A stretch of 64,000 nucleotides of DNA from Candidatus Aminicenantes bacterium. GTDB lineage: Bacteria > Acidobacteriota > Aminicenantia > Aminicenantales > Aminicenantaceae. The notes below the pieces were generated by a model. The model worked only from the letters and a program-made list of their open reading frames with translations. It searched no databases and was not told the origin of the DNA. Shown one piece after another: positions 62,286 through 64,000 of the stretch (within the stretch, counting starts at the first letter, position 1; each line of letters starts with the position of its first letter). A program made the translations under genes and the position numbers. Where the stretch lies: NCBI GenBank assembly GCA_014727835.1, contig WJMT01000024.1, positions 1,309-65,308 on the forward strand. The letters run 5' to 3'.

Positions 62286-64000
62286 TCATTTGGAGCGGTC
62301 TTCGTAATCCGGTCTTTTGGGATGAATGGGTTCCGCTTTTTTAATCAGTTTCAGAGTCTCCTGCACCGCTCTTTGAAGCTGAGGGTCCGTGCCTTTAGCC
62401 AGTGTGGTGGGATCATCCACCACTTGGATGTCAGGGGGCACCCCATATCCTTCTCTGAACCAGGTTCCATCCGGGTTGTACATCCTAAAGGAGGGAGCTG
62501 TGACCATTCCTCCGTCAATAAGAGAAGGAACTCCTGACATTCCGATCAGTCCGCCCCAGGTTCTCATTCCGATCAAGGGGCCTAAACCTGCTTTTTTGAA
62601 ATAATCGGGAAAACAGTCTCCCCCGGATCCGCTCCAGCCGTTGATCAGCATGACTTTAGGTCCGAAATGAGCCACCGGAGGCCACTGCCAGTCTTTTCCA
62701 TCCCGCACGGCCCAGTAAGCCAGGGGTTTTCTGTCCAGAAGCTCGATGAACCGGTCCGGTATCTGCCCTCCGCTGTTAAAGCGTTCATCAATGATCAATC
62801 CTTTTTTGTGAAACTGCGCGTTGAACTGTCTGACCAGCTCATTTTGGGCGTCCACACCCGTGCTTCTCACATAAATGTATCCCACTTTTCCGTCAGACAT
62901 TTTGTCCACATACTTTCTGTTGGCTTCGATCCATCCCAGATGCCTTAGCCTTATGACCTGTCCTTGATTGAGCGTTTTCACCACGGCTTTTTTAGCTCCT
63001 TCATAGCCGGGATTGTCATTGATGGTGAGCTCGATGGTTTTTCCGGCCAGTCCCTGCAGCGCATACCAGGGGCTTTTTTTTGTGGAAAGCTTAACGCCGT
63101 TGATTTCAAGGATATAATGCCCGGGCTCGACTTTCACATTATTTTTGGTTCTGAGAAGAGGGGAGCAGACTTCAGCAAAATCCCATTCCGCTCCTTTCAT
63201 GATGCTTTTGATTCGATAAAAGCCGTCACTCACTTCCCAGTTGACACCCAGATACCCGATAGCTTTTCTGGAAGCGCTTTCCAAGTCTCCTCCACCCCGG
63301 TAAGTGTGAGAGGCGTTGAGTTCAGCGATCATCTCTCCGATAATGAAGTTGAGGTCTCTTCGAGTCACCGCATTTTCCAGTAATTGTCCATACTGTTCCT
63401 TCACATGATTCCAGTCCACGCCGTGCATGTGGGGATCATAAAAATAATCTCTGACAATGCGCCAGGCATCTGTGAAGATTTGTGCCCATTCTTTAGGAGG
63501 ATCCACCATCATTTCCAATTGATCAGTGGGAACAAATTTTTCCAGTTTTTGGTTGGGGGCGACAGGTATGACGGAAAGTTTTCCTCTGGCAGAAACCAGC
63601 AGATTTTTTCTGTCTGATGAGAGCATATAACCGTTCACTCCTTGAGTGATGGTTTTTTCTTCTCTGTCTTTGAAATCAAAATATTTGAGTTCATTGGTCC
63701 TTTCTCCAGAACCGCTTCGGGGATGCTGGAGATAAATGATTTTTCCAGGCACCGCACTCAGGGAACTGTAATTTCCGGCTTGTATGGGAAGCTGGGTCAT
63801 TCTCTGTTCAAAACCGCCCACAGTGATTTTAACTTTGTTCTCTTCTTCTTTTTCTTCCTTTTTGTTGTTTTTCTCTTCTTCTTTTTCTTCCTTGATTTTG
63901 ACTTCATCATTTTGAGGGGGGAGAGGTGTTTCGACGTCTTCTGTGAGGGGTACGGCTACCAGATTGGTGGTGTTGGGATAGACAAAAGAATTGTCCATAT
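62286..64000 (-). CDS. Tricorn-protease-like S41 peptidase, C-terminal about 570 aa (5' end outside the window)
   Basis: The C-terminal catalytic region INGWSGSGGDCFPDYFKKAGLGPLIGMRTWGGLIG...GYGVPPDI resembles the tricorn core. PDZ-like and propeller segments lie upstream. The ORF is open to the window edge, so the Met at 63998 is probably internal. Confidence 0.7.
   Translation of the reverse strand, partial: MDNSFVYPNTTNLVAVPLTEDVETPLPPQNDEVKIKEEKEEEKNNKKEEKEEENKVKITVGGFEQRMTQLPIQAGNYSSLSAVPGKIIYLQHPRSGSGERTNELKYFDFKDREEKTITQGVNGYMLSSDRKNLLVSARGKLSVIPVAPNQKLEKFVPTDQLEMMVDPPKEWAQIFTDAWRIVRDYFYDPHMHGVDWNHVKEQYGQLLENAVTRRDLNFIIGEMIAELNASHTYRGGGDLESASRKAIGYLGVNWEVSDGFYRIKSIMKGAEWDFAEVCSPLLRTKNNVKVEPGHYILEINGVKLSTKKSPWYALQGLAGKTIELTINDNPGYEGAKKAVVKTLNQGQVIRLRHLGWIEANRKYVDKMSDGKVGYIYVRSTGVDAQNELVRQFNAQFHKKGLIIDERFNSGGQIPDRFIELLDRKPLAYWAVRDGKDWQWPPVAHFGPKVMLINGWSGSGGDCFPDYFKKAGLGPLIGMRTWGGLIGMSGVPSLIDGGMVTAPSFRMYNPDGTWFREGYGVPPDIQVVDDPTTLAKGTDPQLQRAVQETLKLIKKAEPIHPKRPDYEDRSK

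Noticed and set aside
63060-63075. Homopolymer runs of 8-9 A/T inside coding regions (e.g. 63066-63073, 45142-45150, 12247-12254, 51445-51452), considered as phase-variation tracts
   Set aside because: They encode Lys-rich segments in an AT-leaning genome. All reading frames are intact, and no duplicated or off-frame continuation suggests slippage-controlled switching.

Overview
The window is a compact, mostly core-genome stretch from what looks like an uncultivated Gram-negative (diderm) bacterium, judged from LolA, TolC, a TonB-type barrel and GWxTD proteins. I cannot place it taxonomically from sequence alone. I call 54 protein-coding genes (two cut by the window edges), one tmRNA (ssrA, 24410-24752) and one tRNA-Leu(CAG) (59927-60015, minus strand). 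Recognisable blocks are: a CopB-type P-type ATPase operon; a BNR/Asp-box propeller gene coupled to a DUF362-ferredoxin gene; an orphan ABC ATPase with an unclassified polytopic partner; UbiA, CPBP and LapA-like membrane genes; larE; a DAK2-DegV fusion; DPP-IV; a Hanks kinase plus an SH3-PEGA-NHL protein; ssrA-amidase-GerMN-der; the rplM-rpsI-rpsB-tsf-pyrH-frr translation cluster; an ECF sigma/anti-sigma module; lolA; solute symporters; xerD; a TetR-TolC-MFP-RND efflux operon; a TonB-dependent-receptor-like barrel convergent with two GWxTD genes; a B12-type radical SAM gene; and a tricorn-like protease. I found no CRISPR array, transposase, phage integrase island, reverse transcriptase or recognisable defence or toxin-antitoxin genes. 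The most unusual item is a bacterial eRF1/Pelota-superfamily protein with GSQ in place of GGQ and a zinc-ribbon insert (51260-52405). Lower-priority leads are the DhaL-DegV single-chain fusion, a secreted zincin-TPR fusion, an uncharacterised secreted protein co-operonic with copB behind a palindrome-bearing promoter, a UbiA-CPBP pairing, and a roughly 113-aa acidic/lysine tail on ribosomal protein S2. Every functional call comes from reading motifs in the supplied translations. No database search was run.
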